Source of the DNA: Auanema rhodensis | Lineage: Eukaryota > Animalia > Nematoda | Assembly (NCBI GenBank): GCA_964057225.1 | Contig: OZ059899.1 | Span: 2,108,001-2,172,000, forward strand | DNA: 64,000 nt | Reading direction: 5' to 3' | Shown: in pieces, positions 27,377 through 42,300 of the stretch | Layout: each line of letters starts with the position of its first letter | Position numbering within the stretch: position 1 is the stretch's first letter | Program-made: the position numbers and the translations under genes | The notes under the pieces: generated by a model | Databases searched by the model: none | Told to the model about the DNA's origin: nothing | Seen by the model: only the letters and a program-made list of their open reading frames with translations

Positions 27377-30300
27377 CCGAGATATCAACTGATATAAGTT
27401 CACACTTATATCCTCGATTTTCACCCTGAAGAATTAATTTTTTCGTTGAATAACATTGTCCATCGTCTTTGCCTTGAAAAATGGAATCTTAAAACATCTA
27501 CTTTTTGCTAAATTATTTTGAAATTTTTCGAAAAAATTTTTGTCAAAATGTTTTTGGAAGCAATGTTGAGTGTACATGGAAACTCAACATACACTAATGC
27601 ATCATTTTTCAAACAATCATAACTAATTTGTGTATTAAGCGTTTCTCAATGTAGTATAGTGCATTCGATGCGAATTTTTAAGCTGCGTCGATCTGTGTTA
27701 TCAGATTTGCGCTAGCTTAAAAATGCACCGAGATATCAACTGATATAAGTTCACACTTATATCCTCGATTTTCACCCTGAAGAATTAATTTTTTCGTTGA
27801 ATAGCATTGTCCATCGTCTTTGCCTTGAAAAAAGGAATCTAAAAACATCTACTTTTCGCTAAATTATTTTGAAATTTTTCGAAAAAATTTTTGTCAAAAT
27901 GTTTTTGGAAGCAATGTTGAGTGTACATGGAAACTCAACATACACTAATGCATCATTTTTCAAACGATCATAACTAATTTTTGTATCAAGCGTTTCTCGA
28001 TGTAGTATAGTGCATTCGATGCGGATTTTTAAGCTGCGTCGATCTGTGTTATCAGATTTGCGCAGGCTTACAAATGCACCGAGATATCAACTGATATAAG
28101 TTCACACTTATATCCTCGATTTTCACCCTGAAGAATTAATTTTTTCGTTGAATAACATTGTCCATCGTCTTTGCCTTGAAAAATGGAATCTAAAAACATC
28201 TACTTTTTGCTAAATTATTTTGAAATTTTTCGAAAAAATTTTTGTCAAAATGTTTTTGGAAGCAATGTTGAGTGTACATGGAAACTCAACATACACTAAT
28301 GCATCATTTTTCAAACAATCATAACTAATTTGTGTATTAAGCGTTTCTCAATGTAGTATAGTGCATTCGATGCGGATTTTTAAGCTGCGTCGATCTGTGT
28401 TATCAGATTTGCGCTAACTTAAAAATGCACCGAGATATCAACTGATATAAGTTCACACTTATATCCTCGATTTTCACCCTGAAGAATTAATTTTTTCGTT
28501 GAATAGCATTGTCCATCGTCTTTGCCTTGAAAAAAGGAATCTAAAAACATCTACTTTTCGGTAAATTATTCTAAAATTTTTCGAAAAAATTTTTGTCAAA
28601 ATGTTTTTGGAAGCAATGTTGAGTGTACATGGAAACTCAACATACACTAATGCATCATTTTTCAAACAATCATAACTAATTTGTGTATTAAGCGTTTCTC
28701 AATGTAGTATAGTGCATTCGATGCGGATTTTTAAGCTGCGTCGATCTGTGTTATCAGATTTGCGCTAACTTAAAAATGCACCGAGATATCAACTGATATA
28801 AGTTCACACTTATATCCTCGATTTTCACCCTGAAAAATTAATTTTTTCGTTGAATAACATTGTCCATCGTCTTTGCCTTGAAAAATGGAATTTTAAAACA
28901 TCTACTTTTTGCTAAATTATTTTGAAATTTTTCGAAAAAATTTTTGTCAAAATGTTTTTGGAAGCAATGTTGAGTGTACATGGAAACTCAACATACACTA
29001 ATGCATCATTTTTCAAACGATCATAACTAATTTTTGTATCAAACGTTTCTCAATGTAGTATAGTGCATTCGATGCGGATTTTTAAGCTGCGTCGATCTGT
29101 GTTATCAGATTTGCGCTAGCTTAAAAATGCACCGAGATATCAACTGATATGAGTTCACACTTATATCCTCGATTTTCACCCTGAAGAATTAATTTTTTCG
29201 TTGAATAACATTGTCCATCGTCTTTGCCTTGAAAAAAGGAATCTAAAAACATCTACTTTTTGCTAAATTATTTTGAAATTTTTCGAAAACATTTTTGTCA
29301 AAATGTTTTTGGAAGCAATGTTGAGTGTACATGGAAACTCAACATACACTAATGCATCATTTTTCAAACGATCATAACTAATTTTTGTATTAAGCGTTTC
29401 TCAATGTAGTATAGTGCATTCGATGCGAATTTTTAAGCTGCGTCGATCTGTGTTATCAGATTTGCGCTAGCTTAAAAATGCACCGAGATATCAACTGATA
29501 TAAGTTCACACTTATATCCTCGATTTTCACCCTGAAGAATTAATTTTTTCGTTGAATAGCATTGTCCATCGTCTTTGCCTTGAAAAAAGGAATCTAAAAA
29601 CATCTACTTTTCGCTAAATTATTTTGAAATTTTTCGAAAAAATTTTTGTCAAAATGTTTTTGGAAGCAATGTTGAGTGTACATGGAAACTCAACATACAC
29701 TAATGCATCATTTTTCAAACGATCATAACTAATTTTTGTATCAAGCGTTTCTCGATGTAGTATAGTGCATTCGATGCGGATTTTTAAGCTGCGTCGATCT
29801 GTGTTATCAGATTTGCGCAGGCTTACAAATGCACCGAGATATCAACTGATATAAGTTCACACTTATATCCTCGATTTTCACCCTGAAGAATTAATTTTTT
29901 CGTTGAATAACATTGTCCATCGTCTTTGCCTTGAAAAATGGAATCTAAAAACATCTACTTTTTGCTAAATTATTTTGAAATTTTTCGAAAAAATTTTTGT
30001 CAAAATGTTTTTGGAAGCAATGTTGAGTGTACATGGAAACTCAACATACACTAATGCATCATTTTTCAAACAATCATAACTAATTTGTGTATTAAGCGTT
30101 TCTCAATGTAGTATAGTGCATTCGATGCGGATTTTTAAGCTGCGTCGATCTGTGTTATCAGATTTGCGCTAACTTAAAAATGCACCGAGATATCAACTGA
30201 TATAAGTTCACACTTATATCCTCGATTTTCACCCTGAAGAATTAATTTTTCGTTGAATAGCATTGTCCATCGTCTTTGCCTTGAAAAAAGGAATCTAAAA

Positions 30301-33300
30301 ACATCTACTTTTCGCTAAATTATTTTGAAATTTTTCGAAAAAATTTTTGTCAAAATGTTTTTGGAAGCAATGTTGAGTGTACATGGAAACTCAACATACA
30401 CTAATGCATCATTTTTCAAACGATCATAACTAATTTTTGTATCAAGCGTTTCTCAATGTAGTATAGTGCATTCGATGCGGATTTTTAAGCTGCGTCGATC
30501 TGTGTTATCAGATTTGCGCTAGCTTACAAATGCACCGAGATATCAACTGATATAAGTTCACACTTATATCCTCGATTTTCTCCCTGAAGAATTAATTTTT
30601 TCGTTGAATAACATTGTCCATCGTCTTTGCCTTGAAAAAAGGAATCCAAAAACATCTACTTTTCGCTAAATTATTTTGAAATTTTTCGAAAAAATTTTTG
30701 TCAAAATGTTTTTGGAAGCAATGTTGAGTGTACATGGAAACTCAACATACACTAATGCATCATTTTTCAAACGATCATAACTAATTTTTGTATTAAGCGT
30801 TTCTCAATGTAGTATAGTGCATTCGATGCGAATTTTTAAGCTGCGTCGATCTGTGTTATCAGATTTGCGCTAGCTTAAAAATGCACCGAGATATCAACTG
30901 ATATAAGTTCACACTTATATCCTCGATTTTCACCCTGAAGAATTAATTTTTTCGTTGAATAGCATTGTCCATCGTCTTTGCCTTGAAAAAAGGAATCTAA
31001 AAACATCTACTTTTCGCTAAATTATTTTGAAATTTTTCGAAAAAATTTTTGTCAAAATGTTTTTGGAAGCAATGTTGAGTGTACATGGAAACTCAACATA
31101 CACTAATGCATCATTTTTCAAACGATCATAACTAATTTTTGTATCAAGCGTTTCTCGATGTAGTATAGTGCATTCGATGCGGATTTTTAAGCTGCGTCGA
31201 TCTGTGTTATCAGATTTGCGCAGGCTTACAAATGCACCGAGATATCAACTGATATAAGTTCACACTTATATCCTCGATTTTCACCCTGAAGAATTAATTT
31301 TTTCGTTGAATAACATTGTCCATCGTCTTTGCCTTGAAAAATGGAATCTAAAAACATCTACTTTTTGCTAAATTATTTTGAAATTTTTCGAAAAAATTTT
31401 TGTCAAAATGTTTTTGGAAGCAATGTTGAGTGTACATGGAAACTCAACATACACTAATGCATCATTTTTCAAACAATCATAACTAATTTGTGTATTAAGC
31501 GTTTCTCAATGTAGTATAGTGCATTCGATGCGGATTTTTAAGCTGCGTCGATCTGTGTTATCAGATTTGCGCTAGCTTAAAAATGCACCGAGATATCAAC
31601 TGATATAAGTTCACACTTATATCCTCGATTTTCACCCTGAAGAATTAATTTTTTCGTTGAATAGCATTGTCCATCGTCTTTGCCTTGAAAAAAGGAATCT
31701 AAAAACATCTACTTTTCGCTAAATTATTTTGAAATTTTTCGAAAAAATTTTTGTCAAAATGTTTTTGGAAGCAATGTTGAGTGTACATGGAAACTCAACA
31801 TACACTAATGCATCATTTTTCAAACGATCATAACTAATTTTTGTATCAAGCGTTTCTCAATGTAGTATAGTGCATTCGATGCGGATTTTTAAGCTGCGTC
31901 GATCTGTGTTATCAGATTTGCGCTAGCTTACAAATGCACCGAGATATCAACTGATATAAGTTCACACTTATATCCTCGATTTTCTCCCTGAAGAATTAAT
32001 TTTTTCGTTGAATAACATTGTCCATCGTCTTTGCCTTGAAAAAAGGAATCCAAAAACATCTACTTTTCGCTAAATTATTTTGAAATTTTTCGAAAAAATT
32101 TTTGTCAAAATGTTTTTGGAAGCAATGTTGAGTGTACATGGAAACTCAACATACACTAATGCATCATTTTTCAAACGATCATAACTAATTTTTGTATTAA
32201 GCGTTTCTCAATGAAGTATAGTGCATTCGATGCGAATTTTTAAGCTGCGTCGATCTGTGTTATCAGATTTGCGCTAGCTTAAAAATGCACCGAGATATCA
32301 ACTGATATAAGTTCACACTTATATCCTCGATTTTCACCCTGAAGAATTAATTTTTTCGTTGAATAGCATTGTCCATCGTCTTTGCCTTGAAAAAAGGAAT
32401 CTAAAAACATCTACTTTTCGCTAAATTATTTTGAAATTTTTCGAAAAAATTTTTGTCAAAATGTTTTTGGAAGCAATGTTGAGTGTACATGGAAACTCAA
32501 CATACACTAATGCATCATTTTTCAAACGATCATAACTAATTTTTGTATCAAGCGTTTCTCGATGTAGTATAGTGCATTCGATGCGGATTTTTAAGCTGCG
32601 TCGATCTGTGTTATCAGATTTGCGCAGGCTTACAAATGCACCGAGATATCAACTGATATAAGTTCACACTTATATCCTCGATTTTCACCCTGAAGAATTA
32701 ATTTTTTCGTTGAATAACATTGTCCATCGTCTTTGCCTTGAAAAATGGAATCTAAAAACATCTACTTTTTGCTAAATTATTTTGAAATTTTTCGAAAAAA
32801 TTTTTGTCAAAATGTTTTTGGAAGCAATGTTGAGTGTACATGGAAACTCAACATACACTAATGCATCATTTTTCAAACAATCATAACTAATTTGTGTATT
32901 AAGCGTTTCTCAATGTAGTATAGTGCATTCGATGCGGATTTTTAAGCTGCGTCGATCTGTGTTATCAGATTTGCGCTAACTTAAAAATGCACCGAGATAT
33001 CAACTGATATAAGTTCACACTTATATCCTCGATTTTCACCCTGAAGAATTAATTTTTTCGTTGAATAGCATTGTCCATCGTCTTTGCCTTGAAAAAAGGA
33101 ATCTAAAAACATCTACTTTTCGCTAAATTATTTTGAAATTTTTCGAAAAAATTTTTGTCAAAATGTTTTTGGAAGCAATGTTGAGTGTAAATGGAAACTC
33201 AACATACACTAATGCATCATTTTTCAAACGATCATAACTAATTTTTGTATCAAGCGTTTCTCGATGTAGTATAGTGCATTCGATGCGGATTTTTAAGCTG

Positions 33301-36300
33301 CGTCGATCTGTGTTATCAGATTTGCGCTAGCTTACAAATGCACCGAGATATCAACTGATATAAGTTCACACTTATATCCTCGATTTTCACCCTGAAGAAT
33401 TAATTTTTTCGTTGAATAACATTGTCCATCGTCTTTGCCTTGAAAAATGAAATCTAAAAACATCTACTTTTTGCTAAATTATTTTGAAATTTTTCGAAAA
33501 AATTTTTGTCAAAATGTTTTTGGAAGCAATGTTGAGTGTACATGGAAACTCAACATACACTAATGCATCATTTTTCAAACAATCATAACTAATTTGTGTA
33601 TTAAGCGTTTCTCAATGTAGTATAGTGCATTCGATGCGGATTTTTAAGCTGCGTCGATCTGTGTTATCAGATTTGCGCTAGCTTAAAAATGCACCGAGAT
33701 ATCAACTGATATAAGTTCACACTTATATCCTCGATTTTCACCCTGAAGAATTGATTTTTTCGTTGAATAACATTGTCTATCGTCTTTGCCTTGAAAAATG
33801 GAATCTAAAAACATCTACTTTTTGCTAAATTATTTTGAAATTTTTCGAAAAAATTTTTGTCAAAATGTTTTTGGAAGCAATGTTGAGTGTACATGGAAAC
33901 TCAACATACACTAATGCATCATTTTTCAAACGATCATAACTAATTTTTGTATTAAGCTTTTCTCAATGTAGTATAGTGCATTCGATGCGGATTTTTAAGC
34001 TGCGTCGATCTGTGTTATCAGATTTGCGCTAGCTTAAAAATGCACCGAGATATCAACTGATATAAGTTCACACTTATATCCTCGATTTTCACCCTGAAGA
34101 ATTAATTTTTTCGTTGAATAACATTGTCCATCGTCTTTGCCTTGAAAAATGGAATCTAAAAACATCTACTTTTTGCTAAATTATTTTGAAATTTTTCGAA
34201 AACATTTTTGTCAAAATGTTTTTGGAAGCAATGTTGAGTGTACATGGAAACTCAACATACACTAATGCATCATTTTTCAAACGATCATAACTAATTTTTG
34301 GATCAAGCGTTTCTCAATGTAGTATAGTGCATTCGATGCGGATTTTTAAGCTGCGTCGATCTGTGTTATCAGATTTGCGCTAGCTTAAAAATGCACCGAG
34401 ATATCAACTGATATAAGTTCACACTTATATCCTCGATTTTCACCCTGAAGAATTAATTTTTTCGTTGAATAACATTGTCCATCGTCTTTGCCTTGAAAAA
34501 TGGAATCTTAAAACATCTACTTTTTGCTAAATTATTTTGAAATTTTTCGAAAAAATTTTTGTCAAAATGTTTTTGGAAGCAATGTTGAGTGTACATGGAA
34601 ACTCAACATACACTAATGCATCATTTTTCAAACAATCATAACTAATTTGTGTATTAAGCGTTTCTCAATGTAGTATAGTGCATTCGATGCGAATTTTTAA
34701 GCTGCGTCGATCTGTGTTATCAGATTTGCGCTAGCTTAAAAATGCACCGAGATATCAACTGATATAAGTTCACACTTATATCCTCGATTTTCACCCTGAA
34801 GAATTAATTTTTTCGTTGAATAGCATTGTCCATCGTCTTTGCCTTGAAAAAAGGAATCTAAAAACATCTACTTTTCGCTAAATTATTTTGAAATTTTTCG
34901 AAAAAATTTTTGTCAAAATGTTTTTGGAAGCAATGTTGAGTGTACATGGAAACTCAACATACACTAATGCATCATTTTTCAAACGATCATAACTAATTTT
35001 TGTATCAAGCGTTTCTCGATGTAGTATAGTGCATTCGATGCGGATTTTTAAGCTGCGTCGATCTGTGTTATCAGATTTGCGCAGGCTTACAAATGCACCG
35101 AGATATCAACTGATATAAGTTCACACTTATATCCTCGATTTTCACCCTGAAGAATTAATTTTTTCGTTGAATAACATTGTCCATCGTCTTTGCCTTGAAA
35201 AATGGAATCTAAAAACATCTACTTTTTGCTAAATTATTTTGAAATTTTTCGAAAAAATTTTTGTCAAAATGTTTTTGGAAGCAATGTTGAGTGTACATGG
35301 AAACTCAACATACACTAATGCATCATTTTTCAAACAATCATAACTAATTTGTGTATTAAGCGTTTCTCAATGTAGTATAGTGCATTCGATGCGGATTTTT
35401 AAGCTGCGTCGATCTGTGTTATCAGATTTGCGCTAACTTAAAAATGCACCGAGATATCAACTGATATAAGTTCACACTTATATCCTCGATTTTCACCCTG
35501 AAGAATTAATTTTTTCGTTGAATAGCATTGTCCATCGTCTTTGCCTTGAAAAAAGGAATCTAAAAACATCTACTTTTCGGTAAATTATTCTAAAATTTTT
35601 CGAAAAAATTTTTGTCAAAATGTTTTTGGAAGCAATGTTGAGTGTACATGGAAACTCAACATACACTAATGCATCATTTTTCAAACAATCATAACTAATT
35701 TGTGTATTAAGCGTTTCTCAATGTAGTATAGTGCATTCGATGCGGATTTTTAAGCTGCGTCGATCTGTGTTATCAGATTTGCGCTAACTTAAAAATGCAC
35801 CGAGATATCAACTGATATAAGTTCACACTTATATCCTCGATTTTCACCCTGAAAAATTAATTTTTTCGTTGAATAACATTGTCCATCGTCTTTGCCTTGA
35901 AAAATGGAATTTTAAAACATCTACTTTTTGCTAAATTATTTTGAAATTTTTCGAAAAAATTTTTGTCAAAATGTTTTTGGAAGCAATGTTGAGTGTACAT
36001 GGAAACTCAACATACACTAATGCATCATTTTTCAAACGATCATAACTAATTTTTGTATCAAACGTTTCTCAATGTAGTATAGTGCATTCGATGCGGATTT
36101 TTAAGCTGCGTCGATCTGTGTTATCAGATTTGCGCTAGCTTAAAAATGCACCGAGATATCAACTGATATGAGTTCACACTTATATCCTCGATTTTCACCC
36201 TGAAGAATTAATTTTTTCGTTGAATAACATTGTCCATCGTCTTTGCCTTGAAAAAAGGAATCTAAAAACATCTACTTTTTGCTAAATTATTTTGAAATTT

Positions 36301-39300
36301 TTCGAAAACATTTTTGTCAAAATGTTTTTGGAAGCAATGTTGAGTGTACATGGAAACTCAACATACACTAATGCATCATTTTTCAAACGATCATAACTAA
36401 TTTTTGTATTAAGCGTTTCTCAATGTAGTATAGTGCATTCGATGCGAATTTTTAAGCTGCGTCGATCTGTGTTATCAGATTTGCGCTAGCTTAAAAATGC
36501 ACCGAGATATCAACTGATATAAGTTCACACTTATATCCTCGATTTTCACCCTGAAGAATTAATTTTTTCGTTGAATAGCATTGTCCATCGTCTTTGCCTT
36601 GAAAAAAGGAATCTAAAAACATCTACTTTTCGCTAAATTATTTTGAAATTTTTCGAAAAAATTTTTGTCAAAATGTTTTTGGAAGCAATGTTGAGTGTAC
36701 ATGGAAACTCAACATACACTAATGCATCATTTTTCAAACGATCATAACTAATTTTTGTATCAAGCGTTTCTCGATGTAGTATAGTGCATTCGATGCGGAT
36801 TTTTAAGCTGCGTCGATCTGTGTTATCAGATTTGCGCAGGCTTACAAATGCACCGAGATATCAACTGATATAAGTTCACACTTATATCCTCGATTTTCAC
36901 CCTGAAGAATTAATTTTTTCGTTGAATAACATTGTCCATCGTCTTTGCCTTGAAAAATGGAATCTAAAAACATCTACTTTTTGCTAAATTATTTTGAAAT
37001 TTTTCGAAAAAATTTTTGTCAAAATGTTTTTGGAAGCAATGTTGAGTGTACATGGAAACTCAACATACACTAATGCATCATTTTTCAAACAATCATAACT
37101 AATTTGTGTATTAAGCGTTTCTCAATGTAGTATAGTGCATTCGATGCGGATTTTTAAGCTGCGTCGATCTGTGTTATCAGATTTGCGCTAACTTAAAAAT
37201 GCACCGAGATATCAACTGATATAAGTTCACACTTATATCCTCGATTTTCACCCTGAAGAATTAATTTTTCGTTGAATAGCATTGTCCATCGTCTTTGCCT
37301 TGAAAAAAGGAATCTAAAAACATCTACTTTTCGCTAAATTATTTTGAAATTTTTCGAAAAAATTTTTGTCAAAATGTTTTTGGAAGCAATGTTGAGTGTA
37401 CATGGAAACTCAACATACACTAATGCATCATTTTTCAAACGATCATAACTAATTTTTGTATCAAGCGTTTCTCAATGTAGTATAGTGCATTCGATGCGGA
37501 TTTTTAAGCTGCGTCGATCTGTGTTATCAGATTTGCGCTAGCTTACAAATGCACCGAGATATCAACTGATATAAGTTCACACTTATATCCTCGATTTTCT
37601 CCCTGAAGAATTAATTTTTTCGTTGAATAACATTGTCCATCGTCTTTGCCTTGAAAAAAGGAATCCAAAAACATCTACTTTTCGCTAAATTATTTTGAAA
37701 TTTTTCGAAAAAATTTTTGTCAAAATGTTTTTGGAAGCAATGTTGAGTGTACATGGAAACTCAACATACACTAATGCATCATTTTTCAAACGATCATAAC
37801 TAATTTTTGTATTAAGCGTTTCTCAATGTAGTATAGTGCATTCGATGCGAATTTTTAAGCTGCGTCGATCTGTGTTATCAGATTTGCGCTAGCTTAAAAA
37901 TGCACCGAGATATCAACTGATATAAGTTCACACTTATATCCTCGATTTTCACCCTGAAGAATTAATTTTTTCGTTGAATAGCATTGTCCATCGTCTTTGC
38001 CTTGAAAAAAGGAATCTAAAAACATCTACTTTTCGCTAAATTATTTTGAAATTTTTCGAAAAAATTTTTGTCAAAATGTTTTTGGAAGCAATGTTGAGTG
38101 TACATGGAAACTCAACATACACTAATGCATCATTTTTCAAACGATCATAACTAATTTTTGTATCAAGCGTTTCTCGATGTAGTATAGTGCATTCGATGCG
38201 GATTTTTAAGCTGCGTCGATCTGTGTTATCAGATTTGCGCAGGCTTACAAATGCACCGAGATATCAACTGATATAAGTTCACACTTATATCCTCGATTTT
38301 CACCCTGAAGAATTAATTTTTTCGTTGAATAACATTGTCCATCGTCTTTGCCTTGAAAAATGGAATCTAAAAACATCTACTTTTTGCTAAATTATTTTGA
38401 AATTTTTCGAAAAAATTTTTGTCAAAATGTTTTTGGAAGCAATGTTGAGTGTACATGGAAACTCAACATACACTAATGCATCATTTTTCAAACAATCATA
38501 ACTAATTTGTGTATTAAGCGTTTCTCAATGTAGTATAGTGCATTCGATGCGGATTTTTAAGCTGCGTCGATCTGTGTTATCAGATTTGCGCTAACTTAAA
38601 AATGCACCGAGATATCAACTGATATAAGTTCACACTTATATCCTCGATTTTCACCCTGAAGAATTAATTTTTTCGTTGAATAGCATTGTCCATCGTCTTT
38701 GCCTTGAAAAAAGGAATCTAAAAACATCTACTTTTCGCTAAATTATTTTGAAATTTTTCGAAAAAATTTTTGTCAAAATGTTTTTGGAAGCAATGTTGAG
38801 TGTACATGGAAACTCAACATACACTAATGCATCATTTTTCAAACGATCATAACTAATTTTTGTATCAAGCGTTTCTCAATGTAGTATAGTGCATTCGATG
38901 CGGATTTTTAAGCTGCGTCGATCTGTGTTATCAGATTTGCGCTAGCTTACAAATGCACCGAGATATCAACTGATATAAGTTCACACTTATATCCTCGATT
39001 TTCTCCCTGAAGAATTAATTTTTTCGTTGAATAACATTGTCCATCGTCTTTGCCTTGAAAAAAGGAATCCAAAAACATCTACTTTTCGCTAAATTATTTT
39101 GAAATTTTTCGAAAAAATTTTTGTCAAAATGTTTTTGGAAGCAATGTTGAGTGTACATGGAAACTCAACATACACTAATGCATCATTTTTCAAACGATCA
39201 TAACTAATTTTTGTATTAAGCGTTTCTCAATGAAGTATAGTGCATTCGATGCGAATTTTTAAGCTGCGTCGATCTGTGTTATCAGATTTGCGCTAGCTTA

Positions 39301-42300
39301 AAAATGCACCGAGATATCAACTGATATAAGTTCACACTTATATCCTCGATTTTCACCCTGAAGAATTAATTTTTTCGTTGAATAGCATTGTCCATCGTCT
39401 TTGCCTTGAAAAAAGGAATCTAAAAACATCTACTTTTCGCTAAATTATTTTGAAATTTTTCGAAAAAATTTTTGTCAAAATGTTTTTGGAAGCAATGTTG
39501 AGTGTACATGGAAACTCAACATACACTAATGCATCATTTTTCAAACGATCATAACTAATTTTTGTATCAAGCGTTTCTCGATGTAGTATAGTGCATTCGA
39601 TGCGGATTTTTAAGCTGCGTCGATCTGTGTTATCAGATTTGCGCAGGCTTACAAATGCACCGAGATATCAACTGATATAAGTTCACACTTATATCCTCGA
39701 TTTTCACCCTGAAGAATTAATTTTTTCGTTGAATAACATTGTCCATCGTCTTTGCCTTGAAAAATGGAATCTAAAAACATCTACTTTTTGCTAAATTATT
39801 TTGAAATTTTTCGAAAAAATTTTTGTCAAAATGTTTTTGGAAGCAATGTTGAGTGTACATGGAAACTCAACATACACTAATGCATCATTTTTCAAACAAT
39901 CATAACTAATTTGTGTATTAAGCGTTTCTCAATGTAGTATAGTGCATTCGATGCGGATTTTTAAGCTGCGTCGATCTGTGTTATCAGATTTGCGCTAACT
40001 TAAAAATGCACCGAGATATCAACTGATATAAGTTCACACTTATATCCTCGATTTTCACCCTGAAGAATTAATTTTTTCGTTGAATAGCATTGTCCATCGT
40101 CTTTGCCTTGAAAAAAGGAATCTAAAAACATCTACTTTTCGCTAAATTATTTTGAAATTTTTCGAAAAAATTTTTGTCAAAATGTTTTTGGAAGCAATGT
40201 TGAGTGTAAATGGAAACTCAACATACACTAATGCATCATTTTTCAAACGATCATAACTAATTTTTGTATCAAGCGTTTCTCGATGTAGTATAGTGCATTC
40301 GATGCGGATTTTTAAGCTGCGTCGATCTGTGTTATCAGATTTGCGCTAGCTTACAAATGCACCGAGATATCAACTGATATAAGTTCACACTTATATCCTC
40401 GATTTTCACCCTGAAGAATTAATTTTTTCGTTGAATAACATTGTCCATCGTCTTTGCCTTGAAAAATGGAATCTAAAAACATCTACTTTTTGCTAAATTA
40501 TTTTGAAATTTTTCGAAAAAATTTTTGTCAAAATGTTTTTGGAAGCAATGTTGAGTGTACATGGAAACTCAACATACACTAATGCATCATTTTTCAAACA
40601 ATCATAACTAATTTGTGTATTAAGCGTTTCTCAATGTAGTATAGTGCATTCGATGCGGATTTTTAAGCTGCGTCGATCTGTGTTATCAGATTTGCGCTAA
40701 CTTAAAAATGCACCGAGATATCAACTGATATAAGTTCACACTTATATCCTCGATTTTCACCCTGAAGAATTAATTTTTCGTTGAATAGCATTGTCCATCG
40801 TCTTTGCCTTGAAAAAAGGAATCTAAAAACATCTACTTTTCGCTAAATTATTTTGAAATTTTTCGAAAAAATTTTTGTCAAAATGTTTTTGGAAGCAATG
40901 TTGAGTGTACATGGAAACTCAACATACACTAATGCATCATTTTTCAAACGATCATAACTAATTTTTGTATCAAGCGTTTCTCAATGTAGTATAGTGCATT
41001 CGATGCGGATTTTTAAGCTGCGTCGATCTGTGTTATCAGATTTGCGCTAGCTTACAAATGCACCGAGATATCAACTGATATAAGTTCACACTTATATCCT
41101 CGATTTTCTCCCTGAAGAATTAATTTTTTCGTTGAATAACATTGTCCATCGTCTTTGCCTTGAAAAAAGGAATCCAAAAACATCTACTTTTCGCTAAATT
41201 ATTTTGAAATTTTTCGAAAAAATTTTTGTCAAAATGTTTTTGGAAGCAATGTTGAGTGTACATGGAAACTCAACATACACTAATGCATCATTTTTCAAAC
41301 GATCATAACTAATTTTTGTATTAAGCGTTTCTCAATGTAGTATAGTGCATTCGATGCGAATTTTTAAGCTGCGTCGATCTGTGTTATCAGATTTGCGCTA
41401 GCTTAAAAATGCACCGAGATATCAACTGATATAAGTTCACACTTATATCCTCGATTTTCACCCTGAAGAATTAATTTTTTCGTTGAATAGCATTGTCCAT
41501 CGTCTTTGCCTTGAAAAAAGGAATCTAAAAACATCTACTTTTCGCTAAATTATTTTGAAATTTTTCGAAAAAATTTTTGTCAAAATGTTTTTGGAAGCAA
41601 TGTTGAGTGTACATGGAAACTCAACATACACTAATGCATCATTTTTCAAACGATCATAACTAATTTTTGTATCAAGCGTTTCTCGATGTAGTATAGTGCA
41701 TTCGATGCGGATTTTTAAGCTGCGTCGATCTGTGTTATCAGATTTGCGCAGGCTTACAAATGCACCGAGATATCAACTGATATAAGTTCACACTTATATC
41801 CTCGATTTTCACCCTGAAGAATTAATTTTTTCGTTGAATAACATTGTCCATCGTCTTTGCCTTGAAAAATGGAATCTAAAAACATCTACTTTTTGCTAAA
41901 TTATTTTGAAATTTTTCGAAAAAATTTTTGTCAAAATGTTTTTGGAAGCAATGTTGAGTGTACATGGAAACTCAACATACACTAATGCATCATTTTTCAA
42001 ACAATCATAACTAATTTGTGTATTAAGCGTTTCTCAATGTAGTATAGTGCATTCGATGCGGATTTTTAAGCTGCGTCGATCTGTGTTATCAGATTTGCGC
42101 TAACTTAAAAATGCACCGAGATATCAACTGATATAAGTTCACACTTATATCCTCGATTTTCACCCTGAAGAATTAATTTTTTCGTTGAATAGCATTGTCC
42201 ATCGTCTTTGCCTTGAAAAAAGGAATCTAAAAACATCTACTTTTCGCTAAATTATTTTGAAATTTTTCGAAAAAATTTTTGTCAAAATGTTTTTGGAAGC

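Noticed and set aside
28474-28665. 63-aa minus-strand ORF (MKNDALVYVEF...)
   Set aside because: It lies inside satellite monomer 82 and starts at TTG. It is open only because a private C>G at 28561 removes the TAG present in the other copies. No recognisable domain.
35493-35684. Second identical 63-aa ORF
   Set aside because: It is the same variant monomer copied by the 7,019-bp duplication, so it is not independent evidence of coding.
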